From Piromyces finnis finn (Eukaryota; Fungi; Neocallimastigomycota), in contig MCFH01000046.1 of assembly GCA_002104945.1 (NCBI GenBank), positions 124,001 through 188,000 of the forward strand: 64,000 bases of DNA, in the 5' to 3' direction. Each line of letters begins with the position of its first letter. Positions within the stretch are counted from its first letter, which is position 1. The notes beneath the pieces are model-generated. The model made no database searches and was not told the origin of the DNA. It saw only the letters and a program-made list of their open reading frames with translations. Of the stretch, positions 48,025 to 62,400 are shown one piece after another. The position numbers and the translations under genes were made by a program.

Positions 48025-50880
48025 ATGAGCGAAAATTTTACAGAAAAGGTAGAAAACATTATTTTAAAATCAAAAGAATTAGCTCAAGAAAATAGCCATA
48101 TAGAAATTCAACCATGGCATATGTTTATAGCTCTTATAGATGATGAAGATAGTATGTTAAAGAAAGCAATTACTAAAAGCGGTGGCGATTCTTTAACAGT
48201 TGAACGTGCTATCAAAAGAAAAATTGTTCAACTTCCAGTCCAAAATCCACCACCAACAGAAGTCAACTTTAGTAAGGCAACCTACACAATCATTCAAAAT
48301 GCCCAAAAAATCAGTTCCAAAAATAAAGATAAATTCTGTACTGTGTATTCACTTATTATTGCTTTAATTGAATCTACAGAAATTTCTTCTATTCTCAAAA
48401 GTTCTGGTATTGACGTTAATAATGTTAAAGAGCAAATTAAGAAAATTAGAGGAAATAGCACCGCTGATAGTAAAAACGCTGAAGACACTTTTGATGCTTT
48501 GAATAAATATGCTATTGATATGACTGCTTTAGCAGAACAAGGTAAATTTGATCCAGTTATTGGCCGTGATGATGAAATCAGAAGAGTTATTCGTGTATTA
48601 ACATGTAGAAAGAAGAACAACCCCTGCTTAATTGGTGAACCGGGTGTTGGTAAAACAGCTATTATTGAAGGATTAGCACAAAGAATTGTTGCAAACGATA
48701 TTCCAGCAAATCTGAAGTGTAGATTATATTCTTTGGATATGGGTGCTTTGGTTGCCGGTAGTGCCTATCGTGGTGACTTTGAGAAAAGATTAAAGGCAGT
48801 TCTTAATGAAGTCACTACTTCCGAAGAACCTATTGTTTTATTTATTGATGAAATTCATTTAGTTCTCGGAGCTGGAAAAACCAGTGGATCAATGGATGCT
48901 GCAAATTTATTAAAGCCAATGTTAGCTAGAGGAGAGCTTAGATGCATTGGTGCTACTACTCTTGCAGAATATCGTGAATATGTTGAAAAGGACGCAGCTT
49001 TTGAACGTCGTTTCCAACAAGTTTATGTCGGTGAGCCAAGTGTCCAAGATACCATTACTATCTTAAGAGGTTTAAAAGAAAAATTCGAAGCATATGCGGG
49101 TGTTAAAATTTTAGATAGTGCCTTAGTTCAAGCAGCCTATCTTTCTAATCGTTATATTACTAATCGTTTCTTACCAGATAAAGCTATTGATTTGATTGAT
49201 GAAGCCTGTGCTTACGCAAAGGTTCAATTAGAATCACAACCAGAACAAATTGATATTTTAGAAAGAAAAAAACTACAGCTTGAAATTGAAAAAACAGCAT
49301 TATCTGGAGAGAAAAGTCAGATTGCAAAAGATAGATTACAAAAGGTTGAAGAAGAAATTTGCCAATTAAATGAAAAACTTAAACCTTTAATGGAGCAATA
49401 CAAAAATGAAAAGAAACGTATCGATGAAATTGGTACCATGAACAAGAAACTTGATGAAATTCGTAATAAGATTGCAGATGCAGAGCGTAAACACGATTTA
49501 GCTTTAGCAGCTGATTTGAAGTACTATGCCTTACCAGAAGTTGAAAATCGGTTGAAGGAATTAGAAGCAAAGAGAGAAAAGGAACTTGATGAGATGATTG
49601 AAGAAGAAGATGATAATTTTAATAATGGCAAGATGATAGGTAATAATAATGAATTTTTCGATAACAATCAAAGTGGAGAAAAGCCAAAGGTACCAAAGGA
49701 ACAAAACGAAAGATTATTAAAAGAAATCATTGGAGCAAACGAAATAGCGGATATTGTTTCCAAGTGGACAGGTATTCCGGTCCAACGTTTATCTCAAGGT
49801 GAAGCTGAGCGTTTCTTAAACTTAGCAGAACATCTCCACAACAGAATCATTGGTCAGGATGAAGCCGTTGAATTAGTGGCAGAAGCTATTTTAAGAAGCA
49901 GAGCTGGATTAGCTCGCGAAAAGGCACCTGCTGGTTCCTTCCTATTCTTAGGTCCAACAGGTGTTGGTAAGACAGAACTAGCCAAGGCTTTAGCTTGTGA
50001 ATTGTTTGATGATGAAAAGTATATTGTTCGTATTGATATGACTGAATACATGGAAAAGCACAGTGTCTCTAGATTAATTGGTGCACCACCAGGTTATGTT
50101 GGCTATGAAGAAAGTGGCCAACTTACCGAAGCAGTCAGAAGAAGACCATACTCCATTGTTCTTTTTGATGAAGTTGAAAAGGCACATCCAGAAGTCATCA
50201 ACATTCTATTACAAGTTTTAGACGACGGAGTCTTAACTGACGGAAAGGGAAGAACTGTTGATTTCTCAAACACTGTTATTATCATGACAAGTAATCTTGG
50301 CTACCGTCCATTACAAACACTTGCTATTAATAATAGAACTGATATTGATAAGAATACCAGAGATCTTGTTATGGAAGAAGTTCGTCAAACTTTAAAACCA
50401 GAACTTATTAACCGTTTAGATGATATTATTCTATTCCATCCACTCTCCAAAAAGGAATTAAGAACAATCATTACCAATCAAATAAAGAATATTGAAAAGC
50501 GTATTGCTAATCAAGGATTACTAAAAATGACAATCAACATTACTGAAGGAGCACAAGACTTTATATTAAGTGAAGCCTATGATCCAGCGTATGGTGCTAG
50601 ACCAATAAGAAGATACTTAGAAAAGCATATTGTTACTCGTCTTAGTTATTTAAAGATTAAAGGAAAACTTTATCCAGGTTGTATAGTTAACATTGATTAT
50701 TCTCAAGAAAAATTAAAGCCAATTAATGATCAAATATTATTAAATAGTTCTTCGTCACCAATTTCTTCTCCTTCTCTTAGTGGTTCATACAATCCAAGAA
50801 AAAGATATTTTGAAGATGATTCATTAATATTTACAGTTCAACCACCAGAGATTGATAATGATGACAAGATGGAATTATAA
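48025..50880 (+). CDS. HSP104: Hsp104/Hsp101 AAA+ disaggregase, copy B; intronless, 951 aa, with an acidic C-terminal tail
   Basis: Same motifs as copy A. It has a canonical-looking N-terminus ([13 protein letters not shown]) and the tail ...[29 protein letters not shown]. Confidence 0.95.
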   Translation: MSENFTEKVENIILKSKELAQENSHIEIQPWHMFIALIDDEDSMLKKAITKSGGDSLTVERAIKRKIVQLPVQNPPPTEVNFSKATYTIIQNAQKISSKNKDKFCTVYSLIIALIESTEISSILKSSGIDVNNVKEQIKKIRGNSTADSKNAEDTFDALNKYAIDMTALAEQGKFDPVIGRDDEIRRVIRVLTCRKKNNPCLIGEPGVGKTAIIEGLAQRIVANDIPANLKCRLYSLDMGALVAGSAYRGDFEKRLKAVLNEVTTSEEPIVLFIDEIHLVLGAGKTSGSMDAANLLKPMLARGELRCIGATTLAEYREYVEKDAAFERRFQQVYVGEPSVQDTITILRGLKEKFEAYAGVKILDSALVQAAYLSNRYITNRFLPDKAIDLIDEACAYAKVQLESQPEQIDILERKKLQLEIEKTALSGEKSQIAKDRLQKVEEEICQLNEKLKPLMEQYKNEKKRIDEIGTMNKKLDEIRNKIADAERKHDLALAADLKYYALPEVENRLKELEAKREKELDEMIEEEDDNFNNGKMIGNNNEFFDNNQSGEKPKVPKEQNERLLKEIIGANEIADIVSKWTGIPVQRLSQGEAERFLNLAEHLHNRIIGQDEAVELVAEAILRSRAGLAREKAPAGSFLFLGPTGVGKTELAKALACELFDDEKYIVRIDMTEYMEKHSVSRLIGAPPGYVGYEESGQLTEAVRRRPYSIVLFDEVEKAHPEVINILLQVLDDGVLTDGKGRTVDFSNTVIIMTSNLGYRPLQTLAINNRTDIDKNTRDLVMEEVRQTLKPELINRLDDIILFHPLSKKELRTIITNQIKNIEKRIANQGLLKMTINITEGAQDFILSEAYDPAYGARPIRRYLEKHIVTRLSYLKIKGKLYPGCIVNIDYSQEKLKPINDQILLNSSSSPISSPSLSGSYNPRKRYFEDDSLIFTVQPPEIDNDDKMEL
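48051..50702 (+). repeat. Right arm of the 2652-bp inverted repeat (partner at 18548-21199)
   Basis: Differences seen versus the left arm are at 48205 (R/C), 48257 (T/I), 50112 (synonymous) and 50538 (synonymous). Confidence 0.92.
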
Positions 50881-51645
50881 ATTTCATCTAAAAATTTATT
50901 TAATATACCAAATTAACAATTCAATTAACAAACCCTAACAATGTATAAAGTAATTTAAATTAAAATTAAAAAAAGAAAATAAAATAAAAAGCTAATATTT
51001 TTTATAAATATCTATAATAATTAAAATCAATTGTATAATAATAAATAAATAAATAAAATAAAATAAAAATAAAATAAAAAATAATATAATAAAAAAGAAA
51101 TACAAGGATTAATTATTTTGTGTATTTAACCTTTTATTAATTATTTTATTATATTAATACAAATAAAAATAATGACAATGACAGAACAAGAAAATTGAAA
51201 TAGCAATAATAGTGTTAAACTAAAACTAATAATGTTTCATTAATTATATTCTCGTTAATGAATTAAAAATAATAAAAGTTCAAAAAATAGCCGTTGAAAA
51301 TAAAAAATACAATTATTAATAAATATTTTTTATATTAATATTATTTTTTGGAGTTTAAAACTAAATAATTAAAAATAATATATTGAATTTTTCATTCTAA
51401 TCCAATAAGATTTAATTGATGTGAATACTATTAATTAAAATAAGCAATTAAAAATATATAAAAAAAACAATTGCATTTAAAATTCTCATAAAACCATTAA
51501 TAAAGTTATCAATTCTTTATGGAATTAAAGTAATTAGTAAAATATTTACATAATAATGAATAAATATATTATTTAAAAGAAAAAATTAACAATTTAAAGA
51601 TAAATGAAATATTATATTGTAATAAAATAAAAATACATCAATAAT

Positions 51646-53473
51646 ATGGATATAAAGTTACTTTTGAATGTACTAATATTTCTAATTATTGGTATATATA
51701 TCCAAAAAATTCAATGTATAAATTTTAATAATTTAAAAGAAGCTGATTTAATCGAAGTAGATAATTTATTTAATAATTGGAATGATTATATAGATACTAA
51801 GCAAAGAATTATAATTGGTTGCTTTGATAGCGATAATGGAATTGAGTATGATAATTTCATAAAAGCAATCAATTCAATTGAAAGCTTAGAAACAAAGAAA
51901 GGTTTAATTTCTTCAAAAAAGTATTCAACAATTTTTAATTCAAATATTTTAAATTCATATTTAGGAAAAAAAGGTATTAATGATATTTATGTTGAAGCAC
52001 CAGAAATACTTGTTTTTAAAAAGGATGCAACAAATCATATATTAAAATATTATTATTCGGCAGATAATAATTTTAGAGAAGATTCAATAAGTAAATTTAT
52101 AGTAGAAAGTGCTTCAGAACCTATGACTAAATTAGAAGATATTCAATTAATAGATAATTATTATTATTACATTGATAGTGATAATAACCATGCCTCATTG
52201 TATTCAATGGAAAAGCCATTTATATATCTTAATTTAAAAAATTTAAATAATAAATACATTAGTGATGTTTTTAATGTATTGAGACAATTTAAAAATCAAT
52301 TTAATGTTGTATATACTGATGAGAATAATTTTATACGTCCTCCTTTTGAAAATTTAAAGTTTTCACCTCTTTCTATTATCAAAAATGTAAAGAAAAGAGG
52401 ATTGGAAGAGGCTTTTGATAGTAGTCAATTTTCAGATTCTTACGTTACTACAATCTATCACTATACAGAAAATATGTCTGAAAATGTATATCATCAAGAT
52501 TTAAGTTATGATTTTCTTATTGATTTTGTAAATAAATACAATAATAATACTTTAATTCCACAAAAGCCTAAAAAGCATTTTGAAAATCAACTGAATAATA
52601 AAGTTATTGAATTTAAATATAATGATTATGTATTAGAACTAAATAATCATAATTTTATTGATGTTACTGGAGATGTTTTTAAAGATGTATATGTATTAGT
52701 GTATTATCCATGGAATGAAGAATATGAAATGGTAATATTTTATATTAATATCAAATTTGTTAATATATAATATTAGAATTCTAAAAACATTTTTAATATT
52801 AACTGTAATAAAAACATAATAAGATAAAATCAATTTGGAATGAATTAGCAAAAAATTTGTATTATGAAAGAAATAATATTATTTTGGCTTCTTATAATGT
52901 TTTGGAAAATGAAGTCCTTAACACAGAATTTAAAAGCAGAAATGGTATTAATTTGCAAAATATAATATATATTAATAAAAAAACTTCTAAATATAACTAA
53001 AATATTATCATTATTAAATTAATACTCAAATTTGCAATTTGTATTAAATTAATTAGATTATCCTGAAATTATATTATACAGATCCCAAATAGATGATATT
53101 GAAAATAACAAAAAAAAAATAATAATGTATAGAAGAGAAGCTGGTGTAAGTTATGAAACCTTAGCCTCTTGGATTACATATACTTCAAAGTAAATAATTT
53201 AAATTGACTTTTTTTTTTTTCTTAAAAAATTAAAAGTTTATGAATTGCTAATAAATTTCGATATACTTGATTATATATTATAGATTTAATATTCTTGTAC
53301 CATTTAATATAAATCATTTAAAATTAAGAATAGAAAATCAAGGATATATAGGGAATAATGCAGAAGAATTATTTAATAGAGATAAATATTATAATTACAT
53401 AAATAATGAACATCCAGCTCCAAAATTAAATTATGAAGATATACAAGAAATTATAATCAGTAATTACTCATAG

Positions 53474-53504
<31 letters not shown>

Positions 53505-54278
53505 TTACTATTAAAAAGCAAAATTATTAATTATAAAATCTTTTATAACTTGTTAAATGCAGCTTCAACTTATTATTCTTATCAATCAAAAACTGTAGAA
53601 ATTCATTCTCAACCAACATATACAACATTTATAGAACCACCACCAATTCCAGACCCAATTCCAAAAGCTCCAGAAAATTTATTTTCCAAAACTCTTATTT
53701 TTGATGATGAAGCAGTATTAAGTATAGGAATAAAAATTCCATATGCAGAATATCCACCCAAATATATTGGTGCTAAAGAAATTAAAGAAAGAATTATTCG
53801 TGATGAGATCGAATCAGAAAAAAAAAAATCCAAAAAAGTAGTAAAAGAATCATTTATAAATAGTAAGGCAACAGTTTTAAATAATCATAGTAGTATGAAA
53901 AATCTTAAAATAGCTGCTTTAGATAGTACTAATAATAATATCAAAACTAAAAAAAATGCTAAAGCCCTTGTATATGAACAAATGTTAGATACAATGAATC
54001 TAAATTCAGAGCAAAAAAATAAGTTAATGGAAAGTAATACCAAAAATGTGAAATTAAATGAAGCATTAAATAATTCACAATCTAAAGGAGGCAAACTAAA
54101 AAAAGTATTAGATTATACAGGGACAAAGGGAACTATATTAAAGGAATATACAGGAAACGTAACAGTTAAAACAGCTAGATTAAAAGAAGTATTGGGCAAA
54201 TCTGGTTCTAAATTAATTGAAACATCAGGAAACACTGATACTAAAAGAGTTAAATTAAAAGAAATATTGGAAAATTAG
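51646..54278 (+). CDS. Secretory-pathway PDI-like thioredoxin-fold protein lacking CXXC, with a Pro- then Lys-rich C-terminal extension; five exons, predicted 743 aa
   Basis: Exons 51646-52731, 52824-52944, 53057-53189, 53284-53459 and 53563-54278 join with consistent phases (2232 nt). It has a signal peptide, a b-like domain (RIIIGCFDSDNGIEYDNFIKA), and an a'-like domain KDVYVLVYYPWNEEYEMIKSIWNELAK...DYPEIILY in place of YAPWCGHC. Confidence 0.65.
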
Positions 54279-54287
54279 TAAAAAAAA

Positions 54288-54337
<50 letters not shown>

Positions 54338-54631
54338 AAAATACAATATAAAACAAAAAAATTGTAAACTCAAAATAATTAAAATAAAATTAAAGAAAAA
54401 AAAAATTAAAAAATAAATAATATTAAAATTATCTTTAAAATATATATCTTTAGAAGTTAATGTTAATATATTATATAGTAAAATAATAATAAAATTAAAA
54501 TAACTATATTAAAAACTTTATAAATCATTCATATTTTATTTATTTTCTTTTTTCTAATTTTTAGTTTTTAATCAGCTAGACGATAGAATAAATATAAAGA
54601 TGAAAATATAATATAAAAAAATATATATTAT

Positions 54632-56275
54632 CTAGGACTTTTTGTCCTTATATAATAGTAAATTTTTTCCTTCGAAAGGTAAAAAGGTTTTTTGAATGTC
54701 CTTATCTTTTTCACATAAATATTCAACAAATTGTTCATAAGATGAAACTAGAATTTCTTCATAATCATTTCCATTTTCAGCATTTTCTGATCTCTTTCTT
54801 TTTAATTTACGATGAGGGAAATCATTTGCAAATACACAACATGGAATAATAGCAAATGGTTTTTTAAGTTTTAATGCTAAATCTACGATAATTTCTGTTG
54901 CTTGATCAGGGTGAAGACCAATGAGAATTGAACTATTATTAAACAGATGCTTTTGATGATTTGGTGTATCATGATTAACCATACATTGAATTTGTGAAAA
55001 CGGAATATCAATTTTTACATTTTTCTTTAATTTAAATCTTTTTGGTTTTGAATTGTCATCACTGTTATTTTTATCACAATCATTTATTTCATTGGATGAA
55101 TATTTATTTACTTCTTTATTCTGATTCTGAGCTAATTCTTTATTTAAAAACACATTCTCTATTTCGTTGTTACTATTTTTATTTTCTTGTATTTCTTTTT
55201 TTTTCAAATCATATAACAAACGCATTTGTTTTTTATCTAATTTTGCTGGTCTTGGTTCAAGAAGGGTTGAATGAACTTTATGTTTAATAGTTAGTTCAAA
55301 TGAAGTTGCACCCCTTCCCCCAGCAATATCTAATACACCACTTCCTGAATTTAAATAATCTTTGCCAAAGTGTTCCACCAACCAATTAGCAAAAACACAT
55401 GCACGTTTGCTATGACCCACCTTATCATGTGGATCAATGAAATCATCTTTATTATTGTAATTAAATTTTCTTTTATTAAGACGCTAGTATTATTTTTAAT
55501 ATAAAGATAAAATATTAAACATCGATTTTTTTTCAATAAAAATTAGAATACAAAAAAGGTTTTATTATTAATAAATAATTACAATAGAAAAAAATAATTA
55601 TAAAATATGTATTACCTTGTCAATCCATTGTTTTTTCATTTCTTCATTAGTAATATGGAGGAAAGGACAATCACTACCACGTAAACAATTTTTACCATTT
55701 AACCAAAATTTACATATTCCCTTTTTTTCTTCTTCTGGAATAATATCTTTAGTTTCAACTGCTTTTAAATTTTCTTTGTTTTCCTCGTTCTCTATATTAG
55801 TTTTTTTGTTAATTTTATTCCTTTTTTCAATTATTGGTAACTCAGGAACAAATGCAATTTTATTATCGTATTTCTTTACAAGTTCTATTTCTTTAATATG
55901 AAACAATATATTGTTTTCAATTGTATTACTTTTATCATTTAACTCTGTTTCATTATATTTAGTCATGTTTTCTACCCAACATACTATATTAAATTTATCA
56001 CCTAATTTTATATTTTTTTGAATATTGTGAATATTTTCTATATCTAATTCAGGAAATTTTAAAATGAAAGAAACTTTTTTACATGTTTCGCATATTTCAT
56101 TTGTACTCTCGCAAAAACGAGCATCAAAAAAATAGAGTCTTTTACTTACTCGACGTTTATGAACAATTTGAACATCTTTAATGCAATACAAATTTTCAGG
56201 ATTATTTTCAAAAAAGATAGTATGAAATTTAGTATGAATTATTTCTTGAGTTAATTGATAAAATTCTTCTATCAT
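54632..56275 (-). CDS. OB-fold-like + CCCH zinc finger + SAM-dependent methyltransferase protein; two exons
   Basis: CCCH motif CKFWLNGKNCLRGSDCPFLH. A phase-0 intron joins KKQWIDK to RLNKRKF. The methyltransferase has VLDIAGGRGATSFEL, LIGLHPDQATE and PFAIIPCCVF. The OB-fold call for the N-terminus is tentative. Confidence 0.75.
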
Positions 56276-56800
56276 TTTATATTAAAATATTTAAACAATA
56301 TAAGTAAATAAAAATGAAAAAAAAAGAAAAAAAAAAAAAAAAAAAAAAATAAAAAAAATAAAATAAAATAAAAAACTAAAAAATTATTTATATATTATAA
56401 ACTTAACCAATAAAATATTTTATTCAAGTTCAATATATTTTAATTCATAAATATTAATTTAATAAAATAAAAGCAAAGATAAAGAATATAGAATAAAAAA
56501 AAAATATAAATTATATTTTTTTATTAATTATTATTTTTATTTAGTTATATAATTTTTATATTGTATATATTAATTTAATGTTTATGTTTATTAAATGTTA
56601 ATTATGGAACTCAATATTTATTTATTCTTAATAAAAAAAAATTGTTAATTTTACTCTAGATTTAACTATATATATTTTTTATTTAAAATATTTAACTGTA
56701 TATCTGCATATTATACTAAATTTTTCTATTTCCCTTTATTTTTTTTTCTTCTTTTTAGTTTTTATTTTATATTTATATATTAAAATATAACAAATATAAA

Positions 56801-58323
56801 TTAATGCTCTACAGGGGATTGAGCAACTAATGGTTCATGTTCACTTTCACTTGATGAATCCTTTTGATTTTTTCTCATTATTAAATTGTAAATTGTAAAC
56901 AAGATTCTATAAATATTACCAAAAGAGACATATATACCTATAATAAATAATAATAATAATAATGTGATAATTTTAATAAGTTAATATAATAAAAACTAAA
57001 TATATGAATGCTACTTTACCTCCAACAATACCACATAAACGTACTAAAAAGTGGAAAAATGATTTTTTAATCTGTACAATTCTAATAATTTTTGAATATA
57101 TAATATATTTATTAATAATTATATTTTTATTATAAGTTATTTTAATTTTTATTTATAAATAAATATAACTTACTTGACTAAAAGTGGTTCAAAATCAAAT
57201 TTAATGAATATGCCAGGTAAATCATGTGATTTTGAAACATCAGCACTCATATCAGTAACAGAATACTGATTAGTGTAAAGAATACGGCCTGATGATTCCT
57301 GTTTGTAAATAGTTGGTACCTAATATATATATACAATAGTTGGTATTTTTTTTAAATAAAATTAATTAAATTATAATTGATAACTTTTAAATAGCAGTTA
57401 ATATTTTAAAATGCATTGAAATTTAACTTACAATTGATAAGAAGTACTGATAGTATGAGAAATCTTTATGATATAAAGAAATAAATAAATTGATATTAGA
57501 AATTATTATATTACTTAAAAATAGTTTGTATATAATTTTATTAATTCTCAATACTTACGTTTTTCAGTAATTTCAACACTGTCATCTAATGGATTTATAA
57601 GACCTGGGTAATAATCACCAAATGAAAATGTATAGAACCTATGAGTGAAGTTTAATTCTATATTTAAAATATATATATACATTAATAGTCATTAGTTATT
57701 TCTTTACTTTCCATATTCACTTCAATTCGTTTTTATTTTTATTGATATTTACGATTATGTTCAGTATGTTTTCCACCATAACCATGACCTAAAGCAGTAA
57801 TGTGGAAATTTCCAGCTAATTTATGAACATCAATTTGACCAGTAATACGACAACTACTTTTTTCATCTTCATAACTTGACCAACTATCATCCTCTTTTTC
57901 AGCATTATCCATAAGGTCGTCCATATCAAAATTCTCACCTTCAATTTCAGCTTTTCCATTATTATTAAAATTAACAGCATTTCTAACTGAAAAGTGTGTT
58001 GGTGTAAATGACAAAGCTGCTTTAGCATATGTTGTTGTTCCAGTTGAATCATACATATCAGCTCTAAGATTATCACATTCCATTGCAACAGTTAAGTCGA
58101 TGTTCATATAAACATTATTGTTTTTAGTATAGTCAATAACAACGGAATAATCATATTGTGCATTTAAATATTCTAATACTTCAGAGAATATTAAAAATGA
58201 TAAAATGAAAGTAACAATCATTGTAACAAAACCACCACCAGCACTTTGGTCTACATAATCTCTTTCGATTTTTGGAAATACATCCAATTGAGTTATTCTC
58301 TTTCTCAATTTTGATTCACTCAT
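56801..58323 (-). CDS. ERV41: ER-Golgi cycling membrane protein Erv41/ERGIC2; multi-exon
   Basis: Motifs include QLDVFPKI, GGFVT plus TM1, NIDLTVAMEC, CRITGQIDVHKLAGNFHIT, NFTHRFYTFSFG, YQYF, VPTIY, TNQYSVT, LPGIFIKFDFEPL and FLVRLCGIVGG. It lacks the Erv46 Cys-rich insert. Stop at 56801. Confidence 0.85.
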
Positions 58324-59442
58324 TTTTTGATTTTAATTTATATTACAATATTTAGGTGCTAAAAAATAAACTATATATATGAGTTTCTTGTTTATTTATT
58401 TATTGAATTTATTAGATTTGAATAAAAATTTAATTTAATAAAAATATTTAATGATAAAAATCCAGTTTTTTTTTGTTTTTTTTTTTTTTTTAATATAATA
58501 AACAGAATTGTGATGTTTTCGTTTTTTTATATTAAATATTTTTGTGGAGTTTATTCATTCATTATATAATATGATATTTTATATTTTAGTAAATTAATAT
58601 ATAAAATATTTAAAATTTATTTTTAATTTAATAAATATCAAAAATTTAATGAATATATTAATATATATTTATTTTTTACTATTAATATTTAAAAAAAGAA
58701 AGAAAGAAAGAAACTGAGAGAAAATGAAACAACGATAATAATATATAGAACTATATAGGTTACTCTCTTTATTAATTATTAAATTTTACTTACAAAAATT
58801 TAAATATTTTGCTTTGTTTTTTTTATAAATTTTATTGATTTTTCCTTTTTTTTTTTGGTATTTTTATTTTATTTTATTTTATTTTAATGGAATATCAGTA
58901 TATGTTTATAATCTTTAAATTTAATTTAAAAATTATATCTGCATAAAAATGACAGTATAAAGGATGATATAAAATAATAATTTTTATATATATATATTCA
59001 TTCTATAAAATATAATACAATAAAATTTTTATAAAAAAAAAAAAAAGAAAAATTTTATTTTAAAAATAAATTTTAATTTTAAACAAATAAAATATTGATA
59101 TATGGAATATTTAATAACATATAAATTTTTATAAACTTAATATTATATGGTATTAAATTTAATTCTTAATATTTAATTCAATAGCGGTTACTCTTAATAC
59201 ATTAATAAATTAATTCCAATGTAATTGTATTATATATTTATTATATGAATTAATATATTTAATAAGTTTACATTTATGAAAAAAATATCTTTTGGCTATT
59301 AATTATTGATTAGTTTTTAATATATTAAAAATTAAAAAATATTATCGAGTATATATTTATATATGAATGATACATTAATTTAGATTTTTATTAAAATAAA
59401 TAAAAATTAAATCTTTTAATACAAAACAATATCATTCATAAT

Positions 59443-62400
59443 CTAAACTATATGAATAGTTTCTTCAAATTTTCTCTTAGTTCTAATTGTTCCAGGTTTT
59501 GTTTGAGCAGCCTACATTTTATAAAATTCATGATATTTATGTTATAATTATGTTTATAATTTTTTATATATAATTTATAAATATACCTCATGGTTAGCAA
59601 GTTCTGGTGGTAATCTTGAAATTGATGACTTCATAATCATTTGTTTTAAATCATATAATACATCCGTATCATAATTAGACAAGAATGTGATTGCAGTACC
59701 ATTTTTACCAGCACGACCTGTTCTACCAATACGATGTGTATAATCTAATAAAAATAATAAAATAAATTACAATATAATTAATATTCATATTATAAATAAA
59801 TATTATAAATGCAACCATTTACCTTCAATATTTTTAGCCATATCATAATTAACTACAAGAGATACGTCTTTAACATCAATACCACGACCAGCAACATCAG
59901 TAGCAATAAGAATATCCTTAACTCTATTCTTAAGTTGAAGTAAAGCATATTCACGTTGTTCTTGACTTTTACCACCATGTAATGTTGTAACACGGAACTA
60001 ATAATATAAAAATAATTCATATAATTTAAGATATATACTTTAAATAAATATATATTAATAATTATATATATTATTTCTTACTCCTAATTTATCTAAAGCC
60101 TTATATAAAACATCGCAACTTTTCTTTTGATTAACAAATACCATGATTGGTGGTTGATAGTCTTCATTAATAATTTCAATTAATCTTTGTCTATATTATA
60201 TTATTATTTAAATGATTAATGATAATAATAATTAAATTCAATTTTAATATAAAAATTTAAAAATATAAATGTTACTTATTTCTTTAATAATTATTTTCAA
60301 TATTTTACCTCTTTCTATTATCATCATTAATAAATTCAACGATTTGTTCGACTGTATCTACAGCTTGACCTACATTACCAATATTTACAATAGCTGGTCT
60401 TCTCAAATATCTAGTTTAAAATATATTTGATTTTTTTTACATATTATTATTAAAAATATTATAATACCAAATATAATTACACAATATTATAGTAGAAATA
60501 ATTACTTTTTCGCTAGTCTTTCAACTGCTGGAGGCATAGTAGCTGAAAACATAACTGTTTGTCTATATAATGTTTTATTGATACGATTTGTTAAAGTATT
60601 TTCAGATTCATCTGTATCTGGTTTAATATTTGAAACGGGCAATTGATCAAGAATAAAATTAACGTCTGCTTCAAAACCCATATCTATCATACGATCTGCT
60701 TCATCCATAACAACATAAGTACATTGACTCAATACTAATATACGATTGTCTAAGCAATCCTTTAAACGACCAGGAGTAGCCATAACAATTTCAGCACCGT
60801 TTCTTAAATTAAAGGCTTGACCTTCAACTGCATGACCACCAACAAGGGATACACAATTATAACCGAGTGGTTTGGCAAATTTAACAGCCTCTTCTTCAAT
60901 TTGTTGTACCAATTCACGAGTTGGTGCTAAAATTAAAGCATATGGGCCATCGGCCATATTATCTTCAGTAATAGGTGGTAATTGTGATATATATACAAGC
61001 ATTGGAATAATAAATGATGCTGTTTTACCACTACCAGTTTCTGCAACACCAATAATATCACGATTTTCAAGTTCAATTGGGATAGCTTGCTTTTGAATTG
61101 GTGTTGGTTCATCATATCCAATTTCTTTAATAACAGATAAAATATTTTTCGGTAAATTAGATTCTTTCCATGAACGGATTGGATTTGGAATATTACCTCC
61201 TTTAGTTGTAATATTGAAATCTTCTTTAAAGATTCTCCAATCTCTTTCTCTCATTTCACTTAATAATTTTTCTGACCAATGTCTATCGTCCCATGCAGCC
61301 TTTCTTTCTTTTTTCCTTTGCTTTTCCAGTAATTGGCTATATTTAATTCAAACAAAATATTAAAATAAAAAATAAGTAACAATAAATATGTATTTTTTAT
61401 TATAGTATTTTTAAAATACCAACCCGGCTCTGTCCTTTTCTTCAATATTTCTTCTTCTTTCCAATAAATCATCATAAAATTTAGAACGTTGACGTTTTTG
61501 CTCTTTAACATCAATACCAGCAATCATACCTCTACCAAACAATAAGGCATCATGCTTATGAGAATAAAGTGGATTGATATCATGTGAGGTATCCTCTGAC
61601 GCATCCCATTCAAATACAAATTTTTTTTCATTCATTCTTCTTATTCTTCTCTTCTTTCGTTCACCGCCCATAAACCTTTCCTTTATATATTATACACATA
61701 AATATATAGATAGATAAATAGATAGATAGATAAGCAAAGTATTCTTAAGTTTTTATTTAAACATTATATTTATATTATATTTATAATACTTTACTCTAAT
61801 TGCTTGAATTTCTTTTGATGTTAAATGAAATTCAGAATTATCACTCATTTGGGATTCATCCTTTCTTTCTCTACTTCTACTTCTGTTTCTACTTCTGCTT
61901 CTGCTTCTACTTCTATCTCTATCTCTATATCTTCCTCTTTCTCTACTTCTGCTTCTGCTTCTACTTCTGCTTCTACTTCTCCTTCTTACATTATCTATAT
62001 TGCAAATTCATTTAAATCATATTGTTAATATAAAAAGATTTTCAATATTAATTACTACTTAATTAAAAACCTACCCTGTGCTACTTTAAAAAATTCCTCT
62101 CTTTCTTTTCTCTCTTCTTCTTGTCTTTTTCTTATGCCTTCTACTTCTTTTCTTCTTTTTTCAAGTGCAATTTTTGCACGTTCTTCTTTTGTTAAGAATT
62201 TTGGCTTTATATTTTAAATCCAAAAATTTACATTTTTTTAATTTGAAATTTTAAATTATTAAAAAAGGGAATGAATATAATTTAATTTATCTCCATTAAA
62301 TTTATTATTTATATATTGTTTTCTAAGTAATTATTTGAAAAAATACCTTTTCAAATGAAATGTTTTCTTGTTTTTTATTTAATAAATCTTCAATTGAAAT

